Of a stretch of 64,000 bases of DNA, positions 29,079-37,339 are shown one piece after another. Made by a program: the position numbers and the translations under genes. The number at the start of each line of letters is the position of its first letter. Within the stretch, counting starts at the first letter, position 1. Where the stretch lies: positions 32,001-96,000 of the forward strand of contig JBBQSO010000007.1 in NCBI GenBank assembly GCA_038213805.1, read 5' to 3'. The DNA comes from Planctomycetota bacterium (GTDB lineage Bacteria > Planctomycetota > UBA11346). The notes under the pieces are model-generated. The model saw nothing but the letters and a program-made list of their open reading frames with translations, did no database searches and was not told the origin of the DNA.

Positions 29079-29951
29079 TCAGCAAGCCGCCCGCGCGACA
29101 TCCCGGAAGATCCCTTCCAGGGCTTGGCGCATGACCATCGCGTCGGGCTGGATCCCGGTCCAATAGTGGACGCCGATGACGCCCTGGCCGACCAGCATGG
29201 CGAGTCCATCGATGACGCGGCAGCCGCGCTGCCGCGCCGCCCGAACCAAGTGCGTGGCGGGTGGATTGGGTATCACGTCCGCGACCACCATGTGCGGTCG
29301 CAGCGTCGCCACATCAAGCGCGAGTCGCGCATCCCCGTGCGGATGAAGGCCGATGCTGGTCGCGTTGATCACGATGTCGACGTCGTCGGGGACGGCGTAT
29401 TCCGTGGCCCAAGCCACGCCTTCGGCAGCGACGCGCAGGCTGGTGCGCAGCAGGTCGACAAGGTCGGCCCGTCGCTGTCCGCCCCGATTGACGATGACGA
29501 AGGAGGCCGCGCCGGCCAAGGCCAGTTCGACGGCGATCGCGCGCGCCGCGCCGCCGGCGCCGAGGATCACCACCCGTCTGCCGGCGGGGTTGGCGACCCC
29601 CTGCAGCGCCTGCACGAAGCCCTTGCCGTCCGTATTCTCGCCGATCAGGCGGTCACCGCGTCGCACCACGCAGTTCACCGCGCCCATGAGCGCCGCCGAC
29701 TCGCCGAGACCGTCGAGATACGGTATGATCGCCAGCTTGTGCGGCTGGGTGCAGTTGAAGCCGCGAAAACCCATGGCCCGCGCTCCGCGCACCGCGGCCG
29801 CCAGATCCGTGGGCGCGACTTCGATGGTGAGGTAGCGCCATGGCAGCCCGAGGTGGCGGTAGGCCGCCTCCACCATCGGTTGGGAGGGGTTTTCGGCGAC
29901 GGGCTGGCCGAACACGCCGGTCAGCTCCTGCTTGAAATCAAGGTCGGTCAT
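29079..29951 (-). CDS. aroE: Shikimate/quinate 5-dehydrogenase family protein
   Basis: GFNCTQPHK, GAVNCV, ENTDGKGF, LGAGGAARA, INATSIG and DGLAMLVGQG. Confidence 0.9.
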   Translation of the reverse strand: MTDLDFKQELTGVFGQPVAENPSQPMVEAAYRHLGLPWRYLTIEVAPTDLAAAVRGARAMGFRGFNCTQPHKLAIIPYLDGLGESAALMGAVNCVVRRGDRLIGENTDGKGFVQALQGVANPAGRRVVILGAGGAARAIAVELALAGAASFVIVNRGGQRRADLVDLLRTSLRVAAEGVAWATEYAVPDDVDIVINATSIGLHPHGDARLALDVATLRPHMVVADVIPNPPATHLVRAARQRGCRVIDGLAMLVGQGVIGVHYWTGIQPDAMVMRQALEGIFRDVARAAC

Positions 29952-30005
29952 GGCCTGTGCTCCAACGGGGTGCGGCGGATGATCGGCGCGGCAGAGACGA
30001 CTGGA

Positions 30006-32813
30006 TCAGGGCCCATCGGTCGTGCCCAGCTTGTTGATCGTACCGTAGAAGTCCCGCTGGATGGACGTGCCATCCGCGCCGGTGAGTTCGTACTTGAGCT
30101 TGATCTGCATCACCGGCTGGATCTTCGGAATCGCCAGGAACACCGTCCTGCCGTCGGCCGAGAGCGTCGCGGCCGTGATGTCGATGGCATCGTGGCCGTT
30201 CTTTCGGGGATCGTCGACATGCACTTCGGGCGAGCCGTAGCTGCTGGTCCAGAGGTAGTTCCACTGCTCGCCGCCGTAGTTGTCCTTGTCGGTGGCGGAA
30301 GCGCGGTCGAGGGGACTGGAGAAGGTCAAGCTCAACCCGTTCTTCTTCACGACCATGCCTACCACCAAGTGCGAGGTCTTGCCGGTGTAACGTACGCGCT
30401 GGAATCCGCCGTCCTTGGCGCCAGTGGTCTGCCAGCCCTTGAGACCGGTGAGGTAAAGCTGACCGTCGCGGTCATTGAAGCGGGCGCGCATGACCCCCGT
30501 ATTGAACTCCAGGGGGACGCGCGTCACGCCGCCTTGGGGAACGCCGCCTTCCTTGCTCCACGCGACCACGAACAGCGAGCAGGTCCCGTACGACAGGTGC
30601 AGCAACTGGCCCTTGGGCATGCCCCACTTATCGCTCGGCACCCACGCCTGACCGCCGCAGGAGTTGTCGACGCCACCATGGGGCAGCCAGACGATCGGGC
30701 GGTCGTAGTCGGTCGGTGCCTCTTTGCGATGGGCCAGGTCGGGAACACCGTAGAAGCCGCCGCGCTGGACCAGGTTGATGCGCGATGTCGGAGTCCACGT
30801 GCCTTCATTGTCGCCGCAGGTGATCTGGCCATCCGGACTGACGCTCATGCCATTGGGCGCGCGGAATCCTGTAGCGACGATCTCCATTGACGAGCCGTCC
30901 TTGGCAATCTCGAACATGCAGCCGTGGTGCTCGCTGATGCGCTCCCAGCCACGCCCGCCGTCGCGCACCGGACCCGCCTTGGCGAAGTAGAAGTTCCCCT
31001 TGGGGTCGGTCCACAGGTCGAAGGCGAACTCATGGAAGGCCGGGGTGGTGTGGATGTCGTTGTTAAAGTTCTCATAGAAGTCCGCTTCGCCGTCCTTGTT
31101 GAGATCGTTGAGGCGCACCAGGCCCTCGCGGCAGAGCACATAGACCAGGTTGTCGACGATTTTCAGGCCGAGCGGCTGGTGAAGACCGGTCGCGAACCGC
31201 TTCCAGCTGAGCCTGGTGAGCTTGTCATCGACGCCCGAGACCACCCACACATCGCCATTCCAGGTGCAGACCGCAGCGCGGCCGTCGCTGAAGAAATCAT
31301 GGCCGGCAAGGCGCATCTTGGACTTGAACGGATTGTCATAGGGGACGGTGATGGTATCGACGACGTACGCACCCTGGCCCTTGCCGAGCTCGCCCACTGT
31401 TTCCACGGACTGAGGATAGCGCGCCGCGCCCCCTTTGATTAGGGTGGCGGGGTCGATGACGTCGAGGGCGGCCTTGACCAGGGCGGCGCACTCGGCCGCA
31501 GCTGCCTTGGCGATCACCACTTTGAAGTTCGCGGCCTTGAGCGCCGGGATCTTGAGCACGATGCGGTTTTCGACCACCGCCAGGGTCACACCGGCGGGGG
31601 CGCCGACCAGGCCCGCGCTGACGTGGTCGCCGCCGGCGCTGAGCGTGGCGAGACCGTCGCCCACGGTGCCCGTCGCCCCCGTGAGCTCCGCGACCAGCAT
31701 GGTCGACGCCGAGAAGCCGCTTACCGATAAGGTGCGCGACACGGCCTGGCCGTTGGCCTCGAAACTTGGCAGCTCGAGAACCTTGCCAGTGCCGACCGTG
31801 TACGAGAAGACGACCTTGTCGCCGTTGATGTAGTGGCCGATATAGTGGGCCCAGTTTCGAGGCAACGGACCGAACGGTTCACTGCGTGGATCTGCGAAGC
31901 TGTCGCCCTTGGCCCAGCCGGGCACCGCGGCCGTTCCGAAAATCTGGGTGCCCACGGTCTTGGGACCGGTCGAGCTGTCCCCGAGGTACGCGATACCCCT
32001 GAGTTCCAGGTACCCACCTGTCCAGCCCGCGCTCATGCGCATCAGGTCGGAATCGAAGCACATTCCACCGATGACCGGTGCGCCAGCCGCCCCGGTCCCC
32101 TTGGCCGACAGCTTCACCGCGTGGCCCTTGATGGCCACGTTGTCCTTCGGCGCCGGCGAGAGGATGGTGTCGTCGATCAGCGGGCCGTAGTCCATCAGGT
32201 TGACCCAGGCGTTGGGGTCAGCCCTGGGCCTGTCCCAAGCGGCCTTGTCCCAGGCGATCTTCTGCTCGGCGCCCTGCGTGTGGACCAGGGCGCTGCCAGG
32301 AATCAGCGCCTCGGCGCCACCGGGGACGATCCAGGAGACCTTGCAGCCGGCTCCGGCGGTGCCCTGGAAATACTCGATGCGGATGGTGTGGTCACCCGCG
32401 CTCAATATGGCCTTGCCGGATTCCTTCTTCATTCCGTGGATGCCGCTGTTGTCGACCACGCGCTGGTCGTCGATGAACAGCCGCGAACCATCGTCGGATT
32501 CGGTCGTGAAGGTGTAATCGCCGGGCTTATCGATGCGGACCCGGCCGGTCCAGCGCGCGATGAAGTTGTTCCTGAGCTTGGTACCGTAGAAGTCGCCCCC
32601 GGTGCTGTCGAAGGCGACCTCCTGGTCGATGCGCACCAGTGCGGGCTGGCGCGGGGCGCTGAGCGCGGTGAAATCACCGACGTCGCTGTCGAAGGCGAAG
32701 TACTCGCCGATCAGACCGGGTGCATCCTCCGCAGCGCAGGTGCTGGCGAGGCTGGCGACCAGTGCGACAAGGATCGTCCACCGGGCGGGCGTGGGAAGGA
32801 AGGCGGAGACCAT
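30006..32813 (-). CDS. Secreted PA14 + DUF6797-type beta-propeller (sorbosone-dehydrogenase-like) protein
   Basis: Signal peptide; PA14 motifs ARWTG, ESDDGSRL and IEYFQG; RFATGLHQPLGL, DGEADFYENFN, ATGFRAPNG, DNEGTWTP and LYLTGLKGWQT. Confidence 0.78.
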   Translation of the reverse strand: MVSAFLPTPARWTILVALVASLASTCAAEDAPGLIGEYFAFDSDVGDFTALSAPRQPALVRIDQEVAFDSTGGDFYGTKLRNNFIARWTGRVRIDKPGDYTFTTESDDGSRLFIDDQRVVDNSGIHGMKKESGKAILSAGDHTIRIEYFQGTAGAGCKVSWIVPGGAEALIPGSALVHTQGAEQKIAWDKAAWDRPRADPNAWVNLMDYGPLIDDTILSPAPKDNVAIKGHAVKLSAKGTGAAGAPVIGGMCFDSDLMRMSAGWTGGYLELRGIAYLGDSSTGPKTVGTQIFGTAAVPGWAKGDSFADPRSEPFGPLPRNWAHYIGHYINGDKVVFSYTVGTGKVLELPSFEANGQAVSRTLSVSGFSASTMLVAELTGATGTVGDGLATLSAGGDHVSAGLVGAPAGVTLAVVENRIVLKIPALKAANFKVVIAKAAAAECAALVKAALDVIDPATLIKGGAARYPQSVETVGELGKGQGAYVVDTITVPYDNPFKSKMRLAGHDFFSDGRAAVCTWNGDVWVVSGVDDKLTRLSWKRFATGLHQPLGLKIVDNLVYVLCREGLVRLNDLNKDGEADFYENFNNDIHTTPAFHEFAFDLWTDPKGNFYFAKAGPVRDGGRGWERISEHHGCMFEIAKDGSSMEIVATGFRAPNGMSVSPDGQITCGDNEGTWTPTSRINLVQRGGFYGVPDLAHRKEAPTDYDRPIVWLPHGGVDNSCGGQAWVPSDKWGMPKGQLLHLSYGTCSLFVVAWSKEGGVPQGGVTRVPLEFNTGVMRARFNDRDGQLYLTGLKGWQTTGAKDGGFQRVRYTGKTSHLVVGMVVKKNGLSLTFSSPLDRASATDKDNYGGEQWNYLWTSSYGSPEVHVDDPRKNGHDAIDITAATLSADGRTVFLAIPKIQPVMQIKLKYELTGADGTSIQRDFYGTINKLGTTDGP

Positions 32814-32878
32814 AGTGCAAGATCCTGTCAGTGATTGAAGATCGAGCCGTCGATGGCGGCCCTACCAGGCCGCAGGGA

Positions 32879-33943
32879 TCACCAGTTGGTGGGCTCGGTA
32901 CGCAGGCGCTGGATCCACAGGATGGTGCCGCCCATGTTGCGAGCATGGTTCTGGGTGCGGTACTCGCAGACGTCCTCGGTGTGCGAGGCGTTGAGGGGCC
33001 AGATCACATAGTGGTCGAATTCGCGGCCGCGCGAGTGCAGCAGATAATGGTAGTCCATGGCCATGCAGGCGCCGTTCCATTCGACGCGATAGAACAGGCG
33101 GCACTCGCTGGAGTTCAGGCTGGTAAACAAGTTGGGGTCGTCGCCGAAGGCCGAGGTCTGGCCGGCGGCCTGGACCTCGCTCCAGCTGCGGAAGCCCAGG
33201 GTGCCGCCGCCGCCGCAGGTCACCACGAAGGTCGCGCCGCCATCGCGGAACAGGCGGAACCACGACATGCCGGTGGAGTTGCCGCGCGGCCGCGCGTCCC
33301 CGGCCAGGTAGGCGGCCCAGTTGTTGTGCAACGTGCCATCGGCCTCGGTGATGGTCAGCGCCGCGCCCACGTTGGCGCCCAGGTCGCTGGCGAGCCAGCC
33401 GTTGCGCACCACCGGCTGAGGGTCCGGATTGCACAGGTAGGGCATGCCGAAACGCGCGTCGCCTTCGCCGACCGGCTGTGGCGAGACGGTGGTGCGGATC
33501 GGGTTGTAGGCGGCGGTCAGCTGCACGGCGCAGGGCGCACGCTGCCGCACGTACATCGGGAAGCGACGGGAGCTGCCGAGCGGGAAGCGCGAGTCGTCGT
33601 CGACGTTGTCGCCGTAGTACTTGGGTCCGAGCTTGCCATCGCGCACGTCGATCCAGCCGAAGGTCTCGAGGTGATCGACCGGAGCGCCGCCGACGGCGGC
33701 GGGTTCCCAGCCGATGCGCGAGGCCTCCTGCAGATAGTTGCAGGCGGCGAGCAACATGATGCGCGCCTGCGATTCGCGCATGACGCTGGCCATCTCCTCG
33801 GCATCGCTGCGCATGCGCGCGAGGAAGGCAGCGGCAAGGGAGACCAGCAGCGCCGAGATGCCGGCGACCAGGATCAGAATGGTGGCCTGGCGCAACGGGC
33901 GGCGGGACGTGGACGTGGACGTGGACGTGGACGTGGCGGGCAT
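32879..33943 (-). CDS. PilX/GspK-like minor pilin-type protein
   Basis: RRPLRQA/TILILVAGISALLVSLAAAF: basic leader and hydrophobic helix without Glu5, followed by SQARIMLLAA; last gene of a pilin-like trio. Confidence 0.6.
   Translation of the reverse strand: MPATSTSTSTSTSRRPLRQATILILVAGISALLVSLAAAFLARMRSDAEEMASVMRESQARIMLLAACNYLQEASRIGWEPAAVGGAPVDHLETFGWIDVRDGKLGPKYYGDNVDDDSRFPLGSSRRFPMYVRQRAPCAVQLTAAYNPIRTTVSPQPVGEGDARFGMPYLCNPDPQPVVRNGWLASDLGANVGAALTITEADGTLHNNWAAYLAGDARPRGNSTGMSWFRLFRDGGATFVVTCGGGGTLGFRSWSEVQAAGQTSAFGDDPNLFTSLNSSECRLFYRVEWNGACMAMDYHYLLHSRGREFDHYVIWPLNASHTEDVCEYRTQNHARNMGGTILWIQRLRTEPTNW
33905..33934. repeat. GGACGT x5 hexamer repeat encoding (Thr-Ser)5 in the leader of the PilX-like gene
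   Basis: Counted directly in the sequence. Confidence 0.9.
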
Positions 33944-33950
33944 GGCGGTT

Positions 33951-35225
33951 TCAGTAGGAATCGAGGTTTGCCGGAGGCGCGGAGAAGGCGCCCTTGGTGG
34001 TGTTGTTGTCCCACGCCGCCCAGCCGGTGCCGGGTGCGCGCTGCTGGCGCGCGCCGCGCAGCGAGGTGCCGAAGCCGGCGAAGGACAGCTCGATGGCCTC
34101 GCCGGTCAGCGGGCTGACCCAGCGCACCTTGCACAGCGCGACATGGCGGGTGTTCTTGATGAAGCGCGCGACCGCCACGCTGACCTCCGGCCAGCCGGCC
34201 GGCTTGGCGGCCAGCAGGCGATAGGGGATGGTGGTCATGCGGTTGAAATTCTGCATCGCGTTGGCGTCGTTCTGGTACCCGACACTGTACTTGCGGCGAT
34301 TGTCGGTGAGCGGCGCGCCGTTCACAGACCAGTCGGGGTTGGCGATGGCGTAGGCGGTCATGTAGGTGTTACGGTACTTCCCGCGCGCGGTAGTCTGGCC
34401 ACCGTCGTCATTGTTGAACATGTAGGGGTTGCCCGTGGGTCGGTTGCACCACGAGGGGATGCCGCCGGCATTGGTCTGCACCCAATCCGACATGCCGCCG
34501 GTGTTCGCCGGCTTGTACAGTTCGTAGATCGCGTTGGCGGGCATGTATTCGCACAATCCGTAGAAGCCAAGGGCGTTGACCAGTCCCTCGACCTGGTTGC
34601 CGTACCAGCTGCGGGGCACCGTGCCGTCGCCGCTGAGGGGCCCGAAACCCACTGCTACCGAGGTAGCCATCCCCTCACTGGTCGGGGGACCCGCCTTCAT
34701 CAGCTGCGCGAAATCGCCGATGCCGGGAATGCGCTTGGTGTTGGTGAACATCGCGTAGCGGCCGAAACGCAGATCGAGCGCGTTGCCGTCGGACTTCTCG
34801 GCCATGTTGCCGGCGTACCAGCTGCGCGGGTTGTCGACCGACCAGCTGATGTCGCGCGGGTCCCAGCCGGTGGCGGACTCGTCGTCGGCCAGGGTGCCGC
34901 CGCCGCCACTGCGCGGATAGACCGCCGGGAAGGGGGTGAACGGCAGGCCCTGCGGGCCGCCTGCGGTGCCGGTCCCGCCGCTTGCGCGCAGCGCCTGGCG
35001 GGTGATGTCGTTGGGGTCGTCCAGGCTGGTCCAGAAATCGAGCTCTTCGTGGGCGGCGAGGACGGCGGCGCGCAGCATGCCGTTCTCAAGCGACATGCGG
35101 TTGGCCAGGGTCACCGACTGTGAGGCGACGCGGAACCCGGCGGCGGCGGTGTAGATCAACACCAGGCCCAGGCCGATGGCGATCATCATCTCGATCAGGG
35201 TGAAGGCGGAGCGGTGCGTGGACAT
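33951..35225 (-). CDS. Prepilin-type N-terminal cleavage/methylation protein (PilW/GspJ-like, about 424 aa)
   Basis: MSTHRSA/FTLIEMMIAIGLGLVLIYTAAAGF class III signal with Glu5. Confidence 0.85.
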   Translation of the reverse strand: MSTHRSAFTLIEMMIAIGLGLVLIYTAAAGFRVASQSVTLANRMSLENGMLRAAVLAAHEELDFWTSLDDPNDITRQALRASGGTGTAGGPQGLPFTPFPAVYPRSGGGGTLADDESATGWDPRDISWSVDNPRSWYAGNMAEKSDGNALDLRFGRYAMFTNTKRIPGIGDFAQLMKAGPPTSEGMATSVAVGFGPLSGDGTVPRSWYGNQVEGLVNALGFYGLCEYMPANAIYELYKPANTGGMSDWVQTNAGGIPSWCNRPTGNPYMFNNDDGGQTTARGKYRNTYMTAYAIANPDWSVNGAPLTDNRRKYSVGYQNDANAMQNFNRMTTIPYRLLAAKPAGWPEVSVAVARFIKNTRHVALCKVRWVSPLTGEAIELSFAGFGTSLRGARQQRAPGTGWAAWDNNTTKGAFSAPPANLDSY

Positions 35226-35235
35226 GGTCGCCCTT

Positions 35236-37128
35236 TCAGCGCACGATGCAGGGCAGGCGCGGATCGTAGTAGTTGAAGCGCCCGACCGAGGTGGCGCGCA
35301 TGCGCACCGAGCGCGGCACGGTGCCGCGATCGAAGCGCTTGTTGAAGTTGCGATCGGCGCCAAACGTCCCACTGAACACCTTGCGCGCCTGCAGGCTCGA
35401 GCCCTTGTCGCGGTAGCCGTTGCTGTTGAACGTGTTGTTCAGCAGCATCTTCCCCGAGACGTCGGCCCCGACCGTGTCCTGGGCGGAGGCCTCGGCGAAG
35501 AGCAGCACCTTCTCGGGGTTGCGGTAGGCATAGAGCTGCTCATCGCGGAAGTCGACCTTGTCCATGCGCGCGTTCGCGTCCTCGGTGCCGACCGGCGAGC
35601 GGAAAGGGTACTTGCTGGCGTCGACCGGCGCGCTGGGCGCGGATTCGAAGTCCTCGTAGGACTGCCAATCCACCGCCCAGAACACTAGCTGCCGGCAGCG
35701 CTCGTCGGCGTCAAAGCGGCGCGTGAGCGTGAAGTGGTCGAGTTCGCCCCAGAATGGCGATCCGCTGGCGACGCCCACGGGCGGCGATGAGTCGGGAAAC
35801 TGATAGCTGCAGCCGGGGTTCTTGACCAGTTGCGCGGCGATCGGCTTCCACTGCGCCGCGTCGACCGAACCCATGCCCTGGCCGCCGGCGAAGATCTTGC
35901 CGCTGGCCGGTGGGGTGAAGAGGTCCCACTCCAGCAGCGGGTAGTCCATCATGATGCTGCGCTGCAGCGGACGGGGGCAGGCCCAGTCGTAGGGACAGCT
36001 GGCGGCGTAGGTCATGATCGTGCGCAGACAGCGCTCGTGGTAGTACGCGATCAGGTCCTGGGTCAGGGTCAGGCCCGGAAAGCCTCCGCTGGCGGGGATG
36101 GGCAGGCCGCCCGTGCCCGAGGCGCCGAGCTCGGCGCTGGTCTTCCAGCGCGTCACGCAGGTGGCCGCGTGCGAGACGAAGCGCAGCGACTGGACCTGCT
36201 TCCACAGCACCGAGGTGTCGGCCAGCGGCCCCGGCGTATAATGGAGGAACACCGTGCTTGGCGTGGCGAATTCCGCAGTCAGCGTCGAGGTCGGCTTGAA
36301 CAGCGCATCGAAATCGGAAGAGCCCAGCTTCTGCACCGCATAGACCAGCGCGGCCTGCAGGTAGAGGATCGCGTGGGCCTCGTCCGTCGCACCCGGCGCC
36401 TGGGTGTAGGCGAGGTAGGCGTCGAACACCGGCTTGACCTGGGGATCGCCGCCCGGCAGCGAAGCTTCCGGACAGATGATGGGGAATGAGGGCGCTTCGT
36501 TGAAGGTGGCCATCACCGCCCCGCCCTTCGACCACTCATCCTTGTGCGGCCCGTGCAGCGGCGGCGACGGATACGGGTTCTCGTAGGGCCAGTTCTTCTG
36601 CGCCAGGATGTGCACGGCGTTGGCCTGGGCGTAGCCGGTGACGGCGAAGACCAGCTTCTGCGCCTCATTGGGTGGGGCGGTGGCCAGAGCCTGCTCTTCC
36701 AGATTCGACGTCGCCATCGGCTGCGAGTAGTAGAGGTAGCCGCCCTCCGCGAGGATCTTCTGCATCTCATCGCCGTCGCTGTCGAGTCGGCGCGCGATGT
36801 CGAGAGGCAGCGGCAGCACGCCGAAGCGGTGCGAAGCGACGCGCGATTCGAGGTCCCACTCCTGGCTGCGGTAGCTGACCGGGACGTCCCAGGCGTTGGG
36901 CGCCTCGGTGTCGATCGCCGGGTTCGCGTTGTGGGTGGCGTTAAAGCACTCCACGAGCTCCTCGGCCTTGGCCCCGGCGTAGAGCTGGAAGCGCGCCAGC
37001 TGCTGCGACCTGATGCCCATGGGAAAGAGCATGATCACGCTGACCACGCCGAAGGCGAGCAGGCCGAGCGACAGCGCCACTTCGAACAGCGTGAAGCCGC
37101 AGGCCAGGGGGGAGCGAGTAGCGATCAT
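35236..37128 (-). CDS. Large prepilin-type protein (PilV/GspI-like N-terminus, 630 aa)
   Basis: MIATRSPLACG/FTLFEVALSLGLLAFGVVSVIMLFP class III signal with Glu5. Confidence 0.85.
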   Translation of the reverse strand: MIATRSPLACGFTLFEVALSLGLLAFGVVSVIMLFPMGIRSQQLARFQLYAGAKAEELVECFNATHNANPAIDTEAPNAWDVPVSYRSQEWDLESRVASHRFGVLPLPLDIARRLDSDGDEMQKILAEGGYLYYSQPMATSNLEEQALATAPPNEAQKLVFAVTGYAQANAVHILAQKNWPYENPYPSPPLHGPHKDEWSKGGAVMATFNEAPSFPIICPEASLPGGDPQVKPVFDAYLAYTQAPGATDEAHAILYLQAALVYAVQKLGSSDFDALFKPTSTLTAEFATPSTVFLHYTPGPLADTSVLWKQVQSLRFVSHAATCVTRWKTSAELGASGTGGLPIPASGGFPGLTLTQDLIAYYHERCLRTIMTYAASCPYDWACPRPLQRSIMMDYPLLEWDLFTPPASGKIFAGGQGMGSVDAAQWKPIAAQLVKNPGCSYQFPDSSPPVGVASGSPFWGELDHFTLTRRFDADERCRQLVFWAVDWQSYEDFESAPSAPVDASKYPFRSPVGTEDANARMDKVDFRDEQLYAYRNPEKVLLFAEASAQDTVGADVSGKMLLNNTFNSNGYRDKGSSLQARKVFSGTFGADRNFNKRFDRGTVPRSVRMRATSVGRFNYYDPRLPCIVR

Positions 37129-37237
37129 GGCGTGCCCTTGAGGGATCTGCAGTACAGCAACCGAACCTTCGTCAGGAAGGCGGCTCCGGTGGTGGCGCGT
37201 CTCGCCTGGATCATGGTAAAATCGTGCATTTCTATTG

Positions 37238-37255
37238 TGCTATCTCGGTGCAGCA
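37238..37255. promoter_or_regulatory. Degenerate copy of the 18-bp operator (TGCTATCTCGGTGCAGCA) upstream of the pilin-like cassette
   Basis: Differs from the 52167 copy at only 2 of 18 positions; AT-rich context about 110 bp upstream of ATG 37128. Confidence 0.55.
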
Positions 37256-37339
37256 TTTGTTCCTTTCCGAGGGTGTCAAGGCGCGCAGGCGGCAAGGGTG
37301 AGCGCTTGCGAGCCCGACGAAGACGACACCTCCCCGTGC

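Noticed and set aside
33905..33934. GGACGT x5 as a phase-variation switch
   Set aside because: The unit is 6 bp, so copy-number change keeps the frame and only alters a leader peptide.
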